The notes under the pieces are model-generated. The model worked only from the letters and a program-made list of their open reading frames with translations. It searched no databases and had not been told where the DNA came from. A DNA stretch of 64,000 nt from Candidatus Atelocyanobacterium thalassae (GTDB lineage Bacteria; Cyanobacteriota; Cyanobacteriia; Cyanobacteriales; Microcystaceae), in assembly GCA_051971635.1 (NCBI GenBank), contig JBFPLN010000001.1, positions 32,001 to 96,000 of the forward strand, read 5' to 3'. The stretch's first letter is position 1; every line of letters begins with the position of its first letter. The position numbers and the translations under genes were made by a program. Below, piece after piece: positions 23,065 to 33,107 of the stretch.

Positions 23065-24753
23065 ATGAAAATTTTAATTGCTCAGTTAAACCCCATTGTT
23101 GGTGACTTAAAGTATAATGCCAAAAATATTTATAAATCAGCTGTTTTAGCAAAGCAAAGAAAAGTTCAGCTATTGCTAACTCCAGAACTTTCTTTATGTG
23201 GTTACCCCCCAAAAGATCTGGTTTTAAATTCTACTTTTATTGAAAATTCATGGCTAGAATTACAAAAATTAGCAAAAAAGATACCAACAGAACTAGCAGT
23301 TTTGGTTGGGGTTGTTACTAAAAATTATTATTCGAACATTAAAGGAGAGAAACCACTATTCAATAGTGTTGTATTACTTCAAAATAACACTGTTAAACAA
23401 ATTTTTCACAAACGCCTCTTACCAAACTATGATGTGTTTGACGAAAAACGTTATTTTGAACCCGGAAAAATAAGTAGTTTTTTTGAATTGCCATACTCCT
23501 CAGGAGAAAGTCAATTTTCCAGAGTTGGAGTAACGATATGTGAAGATTTATGGAATGATGAAAGCTTTTGGAGGCAAAGAAAGTATAAGCATAATCCTAT
23601 TGAAGATTTAGTTAAATATCAAGTTGATTTTATTGTTAATTTGTCAGCTTCTCCATACGTTATTAATAAGAAAAAAGTTAGAGAATCTATGTTAAAACAT
23701 AGTGCGAAATTGTATCAGACACCTATTATCTATGTTAATCAAGTTGGAGGTAATGATGATTTAATCTTCGATGGTCATAGTTGTGCTACCAATAAAAAAG
23801 GAGATATTATCTTACGTACCAAAGGTTTTCAAATATGTACAGAAGTTATTGAATACAGCCAGAAAACCAACGATCTTAAGGTAAGCTTTAATAAAAATTC
23901 CATAATACCGAAAGAAGAAGAAATTTGGTCAGCGCTAGTATTAGGATTAAGAGATTATGCAATAAAGTGTAGATTCTCAAAAGTAGTCTTAGGTTTAAGT
24001 GGAGGTATTGATTCATCGTTAGTCGCTTCAATAGCAGCCGAAGCACTAGGTCCACAAAATGTTTTAGGAATATTAATGCCTTCTCCCTATAGTTCACAGT
24101 CTTCAATTACTGATGCAAGGAATTTAGCTAAAAATTTAGGTATTAATAGTTATACAATTTCTATTGATAATATTATGTTGGCGTATGACTTTTCATTAAA
24201 ACCACTATTTAAAACATTAACAATTGGAGTTACTGAAGAAAACTTACAATCAAGAATTAGAGGAAATATTCTAATGGCGATTGCCAACAAATTTGGACAT
24301 TTACTACTTTCAACAGGTAATAAATCTGAAATATCTATAGGATACTGTACTCTATATGGAGATATGAATGGTGGTATAGGCGTTATTGCAGATGTTTCAA
24401 AAACTCAGGTTTTTTCTCTTTGTAGTTGGCTTAATAGATCTCAAGAAATTATTCCGATTAATATTCTCACAAAGCCTCCAAGTGCTGAACTAAAGCCTAA
24501 TCAGATAGATCAAGATTCTTTACCTCCTTACGATATTCTGGACAACATACTAAATAGATTTACCAACCATTATCAATCGATTGAAGAAGTTCATAAAGCT
24601 GGCTTTAACTATGATTTGTTATATAAAGTAGCGAAGTTATTTATTCGTGCTGAGTTTAAAAGGAGACAAGCTCCGCCAGGATTAAAGATTACGAATCAGG
24701 CTTTTGGTACTGGATGGAGAATGCCTATCGCAAGTCATTTTGACTTGACTTAG
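23065..24753 (+). CDS. nadE: Glutamine-dependent NAD+ synthetase
   Basis: Nitrilase domain (PEL, FDEKRYF, ICEDLW) plus LSGGIDSS, STGNKSE, PPSAEL. Confidence 0.96.
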   Translation: MKILIAQLNPIVGDLKYNAKNIYKSAVLAKQRKVQLLLTPELSLCGYPPKDLVLNSTFIENSWLELQKLAKKIPTELAVLVGVVTKNYYSNIKGEKPLFNSVVLLQNNTVKQIFHKRLLPNYDVFDEKRYFEPGKISSFFELPYSSGESQFSRVGVTICEDLWNDESFWRQRKYKHNPIEDLVKYQVDFIVNLSASPYVINKKKVRESMLKHSAKLYQTPIIYVNQVGGNDDLIFDGHSCATNKKGDIILRTKGFQICTEVIEYSQKTNDLKVSFNKNSIIPKEEEIWSALVLGLRDYAIKCRFSKVVLGLSGGIDSSLVASIAAEALGPQNVLGILMPSPYSSQSSITDARNLAKNLGINSYTISIDNIMLAYDFSLKPLFKTLTIGVTEENLQSRIRGNILMAIANKFGHLLLSTGNKSEISIGYCTLYGDMNGGIGVIADVSKTQVFSLCSWLNRSQEIIPINILTKPPSAELKPNQIDQDSLPPYDILDNILNRFTNHYQSIEEVHKAGFNYDLLYKVAKLFIRAEFKRRQAPPGLKITNQAFGTGWRMPIASHFDLT

Positions 24754-24876
24754 CTCACAAAGAGATTCTTGCTATTACTTAAAATAAATAGAATCTGAAG
24801 CTATCACTTATTATGACAAAATATATTATGCATATATAAATTATTTTAAGTATTTAATAAGATTCATTCTATAAAA

Positions 24877-25782
24877 TTAGTAAGTGACAAAATCAAGATA
24901 TCCTTGGTCACCATTTATAATGACATTAATTCCTACCGGTAAAATGGCATTAACTTTACCATGCCCAAAAGGCAAGTTTGAGACGATTGGAATATTAAGA
25001 TCTGATAAACGATTACGAAGAACTTCTTCCACAGTCCAAGAAGGGTTTTTGGAGAAAGTATTACATTGGCTAAAACTTCCTAGTACAATTCCGTGAACTT
25101 TATGAAATATTCCCATTAATCTCCATTGCGTTAATATTCTATCTATTTTATAAGGATCCTCTCCAATATCTTCTAGTGCTAAAACAGTTCCGTTAAAAGA
25201 AGGCTGTAATGGAGTTCCCAATAAATGAGTAGCCACAGTTAAATTTGCTGGTAATAATATTCCTTGACTAATTCCACCACCCCAGCCTTCGCCTTTCAAA
25301 GGCGGTAAATTAGAACCTTGAATGTAAGTAAATAATCTTTCGATAGACCAATTAGGCTCATTGCATAATGTAGTTAAAACAGGGCCATGAATACTTTGAA
25401 TATTTATACTAGCTAATTTCCATAATAATACTGTGATATCTGAAAAACCAATGATCCATTTAGGATGTTTCGCAAGTAAGGCATTTAATTGTTTTGTCTC
25501 AAATAATCTAACACAACCATATCCACCTCGAAGTGGCATGATAGCTTTACATTCCGGATTTTGCAAAGCTTCTAACAGATCGCTTAGACGCTGATCATCT
25601 GTACCTGCCAAGTAACCATGACATGCATTCCAGCTTTTACCTAGAACCATATCGTACCCTTTCGAATTCCAAATCTCTATACCTTTTTCTAAACCAGATA
25701 ATTCTATGAAGGGTCCACTGGGAGCAATAATTTGTACAGTATCTCCAGGATTGAGGAAAGATGGAGTTTTAAAAAAATCCAT
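24877..25782 (-). CDS. LD-carboxypeptidase (peptidase S66)
   Basis: IAPSG, RGGYG, IGFSDIT (catalytic Ser), LEDIGE, FGH. Confidence 0.92.
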   Translation of the reverse strand: MDFFKTPSFLNPGDTVQIIAPSGPFIELSGLEKGIEIWNSKGYDMVLGKSWNACHGYLAGTDDQRLSDLLEALQNPECKAIMPLRGGYGCVRLFETKQLNALLAKHPKWIIGFSDITVLLWKLASINIQSIHGPVLTTLCNEPNWSIERLFTYIQGSNLPPLKGEGWGGGISQGILLPANLTVATHLLGTPLQPSFNGTVLALEDIGEDPYKIDRILTQWRLMGIFHKVHGIVLGSFSQCNTFSKNPSWTVEEVLRNRLSDLNIPIVSNLPFGHGKVNAILPVGINVIINGDQGYLDFVTY

Positions 25783-25945
25783 AAATATTATTATTTTGCG
25801 TTTTAAAAAAAGTTAGTGTTAAAAAGTTATTTACAAATAAGAAATAGTCTGGCAAATAAAATATGTATAGTTAGAATTTTTGCATATTTTAAAGTAAGAT
25901 AAAATATTTTTTATCTTATTAACGAATTAATGGTAGTAGTATAAT

Positions 25946-26932
25946 TTATACATATCCATTATTTACAAACCAATCGATAGCATCTCGAAGTGAATCTCTA
26001 ATAGGCTTATAAGATATATTAAATTCATTAATAGCTTTAGAAGAATCATAATACATAGGCTTCTTAGACATTCTAACTCCATCTAAAGGAATTTCTGGTT
26101 TCTTTCCCAGAGGAGATAACATATATTCTTCTATCCAGGCAAATGTTAGAGGCAACCATATTGGTAATGTTCTTTTTGGAGCTTTTAATCCAGTAAGAAA
26201 GGATAATTCATCTAACAAAGTTTTTAAACTAAGATTTTCATTACCTAGAATATATCTTTGCCCTGTTTTTCCTTTTTCTAGAGCTAAGATGTGTCCATTA
26301 GCTACATCTCTTACATCAATTAAATTTAAGCCTGTATCCACATAAGCAGGCATTTTACGACGTAAAAATCTTAGAATAATTTCTCCAGTCGGGGTAGGCT
26401 TAATATCAAATGGACCTATTGGAGTACTAGGATTAAGAATAACAATATCTTGACCATTAGCTATAGCTTTATACACCTCTTGTTCTGCCCAGTATTTAGA
26501 TTTTTTATAATGTCCAACAATTTTGTCTACAGGAGCTTGGTATTTTTCATCTACAATTTCTCCTGTCTCTTTTACTCCGATAGCAGCAACAGAACTAGTA
26601 TAAATAATACGTTCAACATTAGCCTTCTTCGCTGCTTTTAAAATTGAGCGAGTTCCCAGTATATTACTGATATAAAGTTGATCTTTATCTGTTTGATATA
26701 GAGAATAGTAAGCAGCAACATGAAATAAAATCTTACATCCTCTTATCTTTTCTGCTAAATTAGTGTCATTAAGGTCACCAAAAACAATATTAATATCTAA
26801 ATTTTTTAGATTATTTAAATTGCTATGTTTGCGAGCTAAAACATAAACTTGATAATTTTTTTGTATTAAAAGTCTAACAAGGTTTGCACCTATAAAGCCT
26901 GTACCACCTGTAACAAATACTTTAATAGCCAT
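25946..26932 (-). CDS. hpnA: Hopanoid-associated sugar epimerase / NAD-dependent epimerase
   Basis: VTGGTGFIG, YKKSK, PIGPFDIKPTPTG signature; ATG at 26932 preferred as start. Confidence 0.88.
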   Translation of the reverse strand: MAIKVFVTGGTGFIGANLVRLLIQKNYQVYVLARKHSNLNNLKNLDINIVFGDLNDTNLAEKIRGCKILFHVAAYYSLYQTDKDQLYISNILGTRSILKAAKKANVERIIYTSSVAAIGVKETGEIVDEKYQAPVDKIVGHYKKSKYWAEQEVYKAIANGQDIVILNPSTPIGPFDIKPTPTGEIILRFLRRKMPAYVDTGLNLIDVRDVANGHILALEKGKTGQRYILGNENLSLKTLLDELSFLTGLKAPKRTLPIWLPLTFAWIEEYMLSPLGKKPEIPLDGVRMSKKPMYYDSSKAINEFNISYKPIRDSLRDAIDWFVNNGYV

Positions 26933-26982
26933 AATTTTACAAAAAGCAAACAACTTACCTTACAAAGTATAATATCTATTCA

Positions 26983-27678
26983 TTAATATTTTTTAGAATC
27001 TAACCACTGTTCCAGAAGGTCAGGACGACGTTTTTGTGTACGTTGTATTTGTTGTTCTCGTCTCCATCTCGCAATGAGTTTATGATTCCCAGACCTTAGT
27101 ACATCAGGAACATGCATGTTCTTAAAAATGGGAGGATGAGTATATTGAGGATAATCTAATAAGCTGTTGTCAAAACTTTCAGTTTTTAAAGATTCTAATT
27201 TTCCAACAGTTCCAGGTAAAAGGCGAACTACCCCATTGATTAGCGTTAATGCTGGAATTTCTCCACCAGTAAGTATAAAGTCACCTAGTGAAATTTCTTG
27301 ATTAGCTAAGAAACGAATTCTTTCATCAAATCCTTCATAATGCCCGCAAATTAAAATAAGTTGTTCATAATTAGTTGCTAAAGTTTGTAAAGTATTTTGA
27401 GTTAATGGAGAGCCCTGGGGAGATAAAAGAATTATAGATCTTTTGGGTAAAGACTCTAAAGAATTAACTGCTGCAAATATTGGTTCAGGTTTCAATAACA
27501 TGCCTACACCACCGCCATAAGGCTTATCATCAACTTTACGATGGATGTCAGTAGTAAAATGACGAGGATTAACTAAGTTAACTGTTGCAATATTTTTACT
27601 AAGCGCTTTTCCGATAAGCCCAGATTGCAATCCAGATGCAAAGAAATTAGGAAATAAGGTAACAACATCAAACTTCAT
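26983..27678 (-). CDS. trmD: tRNA (guanine(37)-N1)-methyltransferase
   Basis: VDDKPYGGGVGM, ICGHYEGFDER, SLGDFILTGGE, SGNH. Confidence 0.97.
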   Translation of the reverse strand: MKFDVVTLFPNFFASGLQSGLIGKALSKNIATVNLVNPRHFTTDIHRKVDDKPYGGGVGMLLKPEPIFAAVNSLESLPKRSIILLSPQGSPLTQNTLQTLATNYEQLILICGHYEGFDERIRFLANQEISLGDFILTGGEIPALTLINGVVRLLPGTVGKLESLKTESFDNSLLDYPQYTHPPIFKNMHVPDVLRSGNHKLIARWRREQQIQRTQKRRPDLLEQWLDSKKY

Positions 27679-28019
27679 AAATAGCCTAAAAACTAAGAAC
27701 TAAAATGTATAAATTATAAATTCGTTTTTGAATATATCTAAAAAATAATAAACCAGATTTATGTTTATAGAAAACTTTCTATCAAATGATTTTTATATTT
27801 CGACTATATATCTATACACTTAAGATATATAGTTTATCCTATCAATTATTTAATTTTTATTTTTTTCTTTGTAAGTTATAATGTTATAGTTGTATTTTGC
27901 TATTTCAACAATATAGAAAGTTAAATATTGATAAATGATTTTTAAAGTCTAAATCTACTTATCAAATTAAAAATAGTTTGTATCAAATACTATATAGTAG
28001 GATCGTGAATGGGTGATCT

Positions 28020-28310
28020 ATGGTAACAGACGTAATAGAAAAAATATCTTTAAATACTTCCACTATTAAAAAACCGGTTCCTATATATAAGGTTCTACTT
28101 CACAATGATGATTTTAATCCTATGGATTATGTAGTTCAAACCTTAATGCAAACAATATCGGGAATGACTCGTCCCCAGGCTGCTGAAATAATGATGGAAG
28201 CTCATATGAACGGAACTGCTCTGGTCATTACTTGTGCCTTCGAACCAGCTGAATTTTATCGCGAGACTCTAAAAAGTTATGGTCTGATTAGCACAATAGA
28301 ACTAGAGTAA
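28020..28310 (+). CDS. clpS: Clp protease adaptor ClpS
   Basis: YKVLLHNDDFNPMDYV, MMEAH. Confidence 0.95.
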   Translation: MVTDVIEKISLNTSTIKKPVPIYKVLLHNDDFNPMDYVVQTLMQTISGMTRPQAAEIMMEAHMNGTALVITCAFEPAEFYRETLKSYGLISTIELE

Positions 28311-28387
28311 CAAAAACTAAAATATTTATTTAAATACCTTCTGAGATATAATTAGTCTATTTAAGACCTAAGCTTAACTATAAACAA

Positions 28388-29206
28388 TTGAAAGTTAATT
28401 ATTCTATAATTTCTAATTACCCAGCACCTTTAAGATTGGGAATTTTTATTGTCTTACTGCTAATCCTTTGGCTACCTACCGCAATTCCATCCTTTTTTTT
28501 ACTTAAAGATGATCTAAATTTAAGAACAATTGTTACGATGAGTTTATTGTATATAAACTTTATTGTCCTGCTTTTTTTTTGGAATAATAAAATACATCAA
28601 GTAAATCATTGGTGGCGCTTATATGGACTAACTGTTTCAAGAAAGAACATAGTAGATTTATGTAATGGATTAAGTATTGGTATTTTTTTTACTTTTGGAT
28701 TATTTATTGTAGAAATGATGCTGGGGTGGGTTGTTTTTGTTAAACCATCACAAAATTTATTCTTACTGGTATTCGAAGGTTTATTTAGTGCTTTTGGAGT
28801 TGCCTTTGCAGAAGAATTACTTTTTAGAGGATGGTTATTAGAAGAGCTAAGGATTAATTATTCTTCTAAAGTTACTTTAATATCCAATAGTCTTATTTTT
28901 GCAATTTTACATTTTTTAAAACCTTTACAAGAAATTATAAGAACTTTTCCTCAGTTTCCTGCTTTATTCTTATTAGGTATTATTTTAGTACAGGCTAAAA
29001 CAAAACATAATAATAGGCTAGGGATTTGCATTGGAATTCATGGAGGATTAGTTTGGGGGTACTATATATTAAATGTAGGAAGAATTATAAAATATACTGA
29101 TGAAGTCTCTTCAATTTTCACAGGAATTGATAATAATCCAATTGCAGGACTTATGGGGCTAATAGGATTATTAATGTTATTTTCTTTGATGAAGTATAAA
29201 AAGTAA
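28388..29206 (+). CDS. CPBP (CAAX/Abi) family intramembrane metalloprotease
   Basis: EELLFRG, FAILH, GIHGG motifs; multiple TM segments. Confidence 0.9.
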   Translation: MKVNYSIISNYPAPLRLGIFIVLLLILWLPTAIPSFFLLKDDLNLRTIVTMSLLYINFIVLLFFWNNKIHQVNHWWRLYGLTVSRKNIVDLCNGLSIGIFFTFGLFIVEMMLGWVVFVKPSQNLFLLVFEGLFSAFGVAFAEELLFRGWLLEELRINYSSKVTLISNSLIFAILHFLKPLQEIIRTFPQFPALFLLGIILVQAKTKHNNRLGICIGIHGGLVWGYYILNVGRIIKYTDEVSSIFTGIDNNPIAGLMGLIGLLMLFSLMKYKK

Positions 29207-29371
29207 TATTAAGATTTTTATAAAACATGGACTATCTATTAGTCTTTTCAATATGATCTAAAAACAAATTAAAAAATTGGAGCTTTTAATTTTTATTATT
29301 GTATTAATATAATAAGATTAAAGTAAGCATTGTCAATGCAGTTTCTCAAGCTTATCATTAGTTAGTATAAT

Positions 29372-31690
29372 ATGACCCTTCCTCTTCAAGAATCAAAAAA
29401 AACTACATCTTCATCTCTTTTTGAAACAATAACTCTTGATGTAGCAGGTATGAAATGTGCTAGCTGTGTTAAAGCCGTAGAAGAAAAGCTATTAGAACAA
29501 TCTGGAGTAATTACTGCCCAAGTTAATTTAATTACTGAAGTTGCTGTTGTTCAATATAATCCTAAGGCTGCAAAGCCATCATCTTTAACTGAAAAATTAA
29601 AAATAGTAGGTTTTCCATCTAGTGTTCGTACTTCACAAAATCTTACTATTCAGCAGAGGAAACTAAAAAATGACCAACGCCAGAAAAAGGAAGAAACACA
29701 ACAAAAAATTAATCTTTCTATTGCCATTGTTCTAATTCTTATTTCTAGTTTAGGGCACTTAACATATATAGGAGGACCAAATTTTCTTATACTAAATGAT
29801 TTAAGATTTCATTGGATATTAGCTACCATAGCCATTACTATTCCAGGCTTTGATATTTTTCTTGACGGTTGGCGTGGATTAGTTAACGGGATAGCCAATA
29901 TGAATACATTGGTTGGACTGGGAACTTTTAGCGCATATTCAATTAGTTGTATTGCATTAATATTTCCTGAATTAGGTTGGGAATGTTTTTTTGACGAACC
30001 AGTAATGTTATTGGGGTTTATTCTATTAGGTCGCATTTTAGAGAAACGAGCTAAAAACCGTGCTTCGTCAGCCATAGAATCTTTAATTGAACTACAACCT
30101 GCATTAGCTCGCTTAAGCAGCAATCCATTTTTAGAAAATCAATCTAGTATAGAAATTCCTGTTGAGCAAGTTCGCCTAGGAGAATACATAAAAATATTAC
30201 CTGGTGATAAGATTCCTGTAGATGGGAAAATCATTACTGGAGAAACTACAATTGATGAGTCAATAGTAACCGGAGAATCGATGCCTATAGTAAAAAGAAT
30301 AGGTGATGAAGTGTTTGTAGGTACATTAAATCATTCTGGTTTAATCGTTATTGAAACCACTCGCATTGGCAAGAATACAACTTTAGCTCAAATTATTTCT
30401 TCAGTTGAAAATGCTCAAATTACAAAAGCTCCTATTCAAAAATTAACTGATACTATCGCCGGATATTTTGCATACGGAATAATGTCCCTTTCAGTTTTAG
30501 TATTTATATTTTGGCTGGGCATAGGAACCGATTGGTATCCTCAGGTATTGAAAATAAGTCAGCATAGTACGCCATTCTTATTAAGCTTAAAACTATCGAT
30601 CTCAGTTTTAGTTGTTGCGTGTCCTTGTGCTTTAGGATTAGCAACACCTATGGCTATATTAGTAGGAACAGGTATAGGAGCTAAGAAAGGAATATTAATT
30701 AAAAATGGAGATGTTTTAGAGAAAGTTCCTCAACTACATGGAATAGTATTTGATAAAACTGGTACCCTCACTATTGGTCATCCTCTAGTAACTAATTGCA
30801 AATCTTTTGGTATCCTTAGTCCTCAGTCTTTATTGCAATTAGCTGCTACGGTAGAAAGCGGAACTAATCATCCATTAGGTTTAGCAATTATAGAAGAAGC
30901 TAATAGACAAAATTTGTCTTTATTAAGAGCAAAAGATTTCTGTACAAAAATTGGTTCAGGAGTTACCGCCAAAGTTGAAGAAGAAGATATTTGGTTAGGT
31001 AATAAAAGTTGGTTGTTAGATAATGGATTTAAATTTGATTCGATTTCTCATCATGCAGAATCATTTACGAAAAAAACAGAGACTATTATTTATATAGGTA
31101 TAAATAAATCTATAGAAGGTTTTTTAACTTTACAAGACACATTAAGATCGGATACAAAAGAAACTATTGTAGAACTGAAAAAGAAAGGGCTAGAAATCAT
31201 ACTACTAACTGGTGATAATCCAAAAGTTGCTGCAGCAATTGCAACTGAATTAGGAATTAATAAGTTTTTTGCTCAAATTACTCCCGACAAGAAAGCTGTT
31301 ATAATCAAGGACTTGCAAAAGAAAGGAAGAATAGCAATGGTAGGAGATGGTATTAATGATGCCCCAGCTTTGGCTCAGGCAGATATAGGAATCTCTTTAC
31401 AGGGATCTACTCAAATAGCTTTAGAGAGCTCTGATATTGTTTTGATGAGTGGACGCATTTGGGATATCGTAACAGCTTTAGATCTTAGTTTAGCAACATT
31501 TACAAAGATTCGTCAAAATCTTTTATGGGCCTTTGGATATAATACTTTATCGATTCCTCTTGCAGGAGGAGTTTTATTGCCTAGCCTGGGTTTTACTATT
31601 AATCCTGTAATTGCTGCAGCTTTAATGGCTTCCAGTTCTATAATAGTAGTAGCAAATTCTTTATCTCTTCGGTATCAATTCCGTCAATAA
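29372..31690 (+). CDS. Cu(I)-transporting P1B ATPase (CtaA/PAA1-like)
   Basis: GMKCASC metal-binding domain, TGE, CPC, DKTGT, GDGINDAPAL, YN and MAASS motifs. Confidence 0.93.
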   Translation: MTLPLQESKKTTSSSLFETITLDVAGMKCASCVKAVEEKLLEQSGVITAQVNLITEVAVVQYNPKAAKPSSLTEKLKIVGFPSSVRTSQNLTIQQRKLKNDQRQKKEETQQKINLSIAIVLILISSLGHLTYIGGPNFLILNDLRFHWILATIAITIPGFDIFLDGWRGLVNGIANMNTLVGLGTFSAYSISCIALIFPELGWECFFDEPVMLLGFILLGRILEKRAKNRASSAIESLIELQPALARLSSNPFLENQSSIEIPVEQVRLGEYIKILPGDKIPVDGKIITGETTIDESIVTGESMPIVKRIGDEVFVGTLNHSGLIVIETTRIGKNTTLAQIISSVENAQITKAPIQKLTDTIAGYFAYGIMSLSVLVFIFWLGIGTDWYPQVLKISQHSTPFLLSLKLSISVLVVACPCALGLATPMAILVGTGIGAKKGILIKNGDVLEKVPQLHGIVFDKTGTLTIGHPLVTNCKSFGILSPQSLLQLAATVESGTNHPLGLAIIEEANRQNLSLLRAKDFCTKIGSGVTAKVEEEDIWLGNKSWLLDNGFKFDSISHHAESFTKKTETIIYIGINKSIEGFLTLQDTLRSDTKETIVELKKKGLEIILLTGDNPKVAAAIATELGINKFFAQITPDKKAVIIKDLQKKGRIAMVGDGINDAPALAQADIGISLQGSTQIALESSDIVLMSGRIWDIVTALDLSLATFTKIRQNLLWAFGYNTLSIPLAGGVLLPSLGFTINPVIAAALMASSSIIVVANSLSLRYQFRQ

Positions 31691-32153
31691 ACTAGATACT
31701 TTAGTTCGTTAATACTGTTCATTAACTTGATATATTTTCAACAAGGAAACCTGATGAACGTATACTTATTATTATTTTATTGTGCTAAAAACTTTCGTTT
31801 ATTTATTCTTGAATTAACAACGGCTTGTATCTTTTGAAATCTTTGGTAATAATAATTATTAGAATTTAGTGGTAACTCATTATTCTTTACAATAAGATTT
31901 ATAGGTATATAATTTTTTTGCTGCAGTACTTTCAATAAAAACTTCTATACCTACTAACTTTGAAAAAAGAACTTGATATATGTTTTCTCTCGCCACGAAA
32001 TAATCATTAGCTTCATAAACAGTATTAAGATTACAAGACCTTAGTATTTAAGCTAATAATGTTGAAACTTGCCCTAAAACTAGAAAATTACATGTATAAC
32101 GAGCCATAAAATCATTCCTAATTTTTTACTATTTAGATATAAGTTTTCTTAAT

Positions 32154-33107
32154 ATGGATCATTTTCAACAGCTAATAGGGCAATCACAGAGCACTACTCT
32201 ATTGAAACAAATAATTATTAAAAACCAGATTGCTCCTGCTTACCTTTTTTCTGGGCCAGTCGGTGTCGGGCGCAAATTAGCTGCAAAATGTTTCTGTAAA
32301 TCACTATTTTCACTTTCAGAGATATCACAAAAAAATCAGATAACCTTGGAACAAAGAATTGTTAATGGTAATCATCCAGATCTGTATTGGATAGAACCGA
32401 CTTATCAATATAAAGGAAAACTATTTACTGTAAAACAAGCTCAAGAATCTGGATTAAAAATAAACTCATTCTCTCAAATTCGTATAGATCAAATTCGCAG
32501 TATTACACGCTTTTTAAGTCGTTTACCTTTAGAAAGTATTCGTTCTGTAGTAATAATAGAAGGAGCAGAACTAATGACTGAAGCTGCATCTAACGGATTA
32601 CTAAAAACTTTAGAGGAAGCTAAGTCAGCAATAATAATTTTGATCGCTTCTAATTTAAATTTACTACTACCAACCTTAGTATCTCGTTGTCAAATAGTAC
32701 CTTTTTATAATCTTTCACAAGACTTTTTAAAACAAGTTTTAATTGCGTTAGATTATGGAAGAATAGTAGAGGAAGAAGAAATAATAAAACTTAGTCAAGG
32801 AAGTCCTGGCAAGGCAATTAACTATTGGAAGCAATCACAACTTATTCCTTCTGAACTTAAAAACACTCTGAAACAAATCCCTTTAAGTGACTTAACTTCC
32901 TTAGAGTTATCAAAAAAAATAACTATGGAATTAGATAGTTCTGCTCAACTATTCCTACTGGATTATCTTCAGCATTTTTATTGGGAGAAATTTAGGAATA
33001 GAAGCTTACTTGAATCACTAGAAGTTGCTAAGCATCAGCTTCTTAATCATTTAAACTCAAGGTTGGTTTGGGATTTTTTATTGATAAAAACAAGTCATAT
33101 GTTATAA
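32154..33107 (+). CDS. holB: DNA polymerase III delta' subunit
   Basis: APAYLFSGPVGVG, NHPD, NGLLKTLEE, LLPTLVSRC. Confidence 0.92.
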   Translation: MDHFQQLIGQSQSTTLLKQIIIKNQIAPAYLFSGPVGVGRKLAAKCFCKSLFSLSEISQKNQITLEQRIVNGNHPDLYWIEPTYQYKGKLFTVKQAQESGLKINSFSQIRIDQIRSITRFLSRLPLESIRSVVIIEGAELMTEAASNGLLKTLEEAKSAIIILIASNLNLLLPTLVSRCQIVPFYNLSQDFLKQVLIALDYGRIVEEEEIIKLSQGSPGKAINYWKQSQLIPSELKNTLKQIPLSDLTSLELSKKITMELDSSAQLFLLDYLQHFYWEKFRNRSLLESLEVAKHQLLNHLNSRLVWDFLLIKTSHML

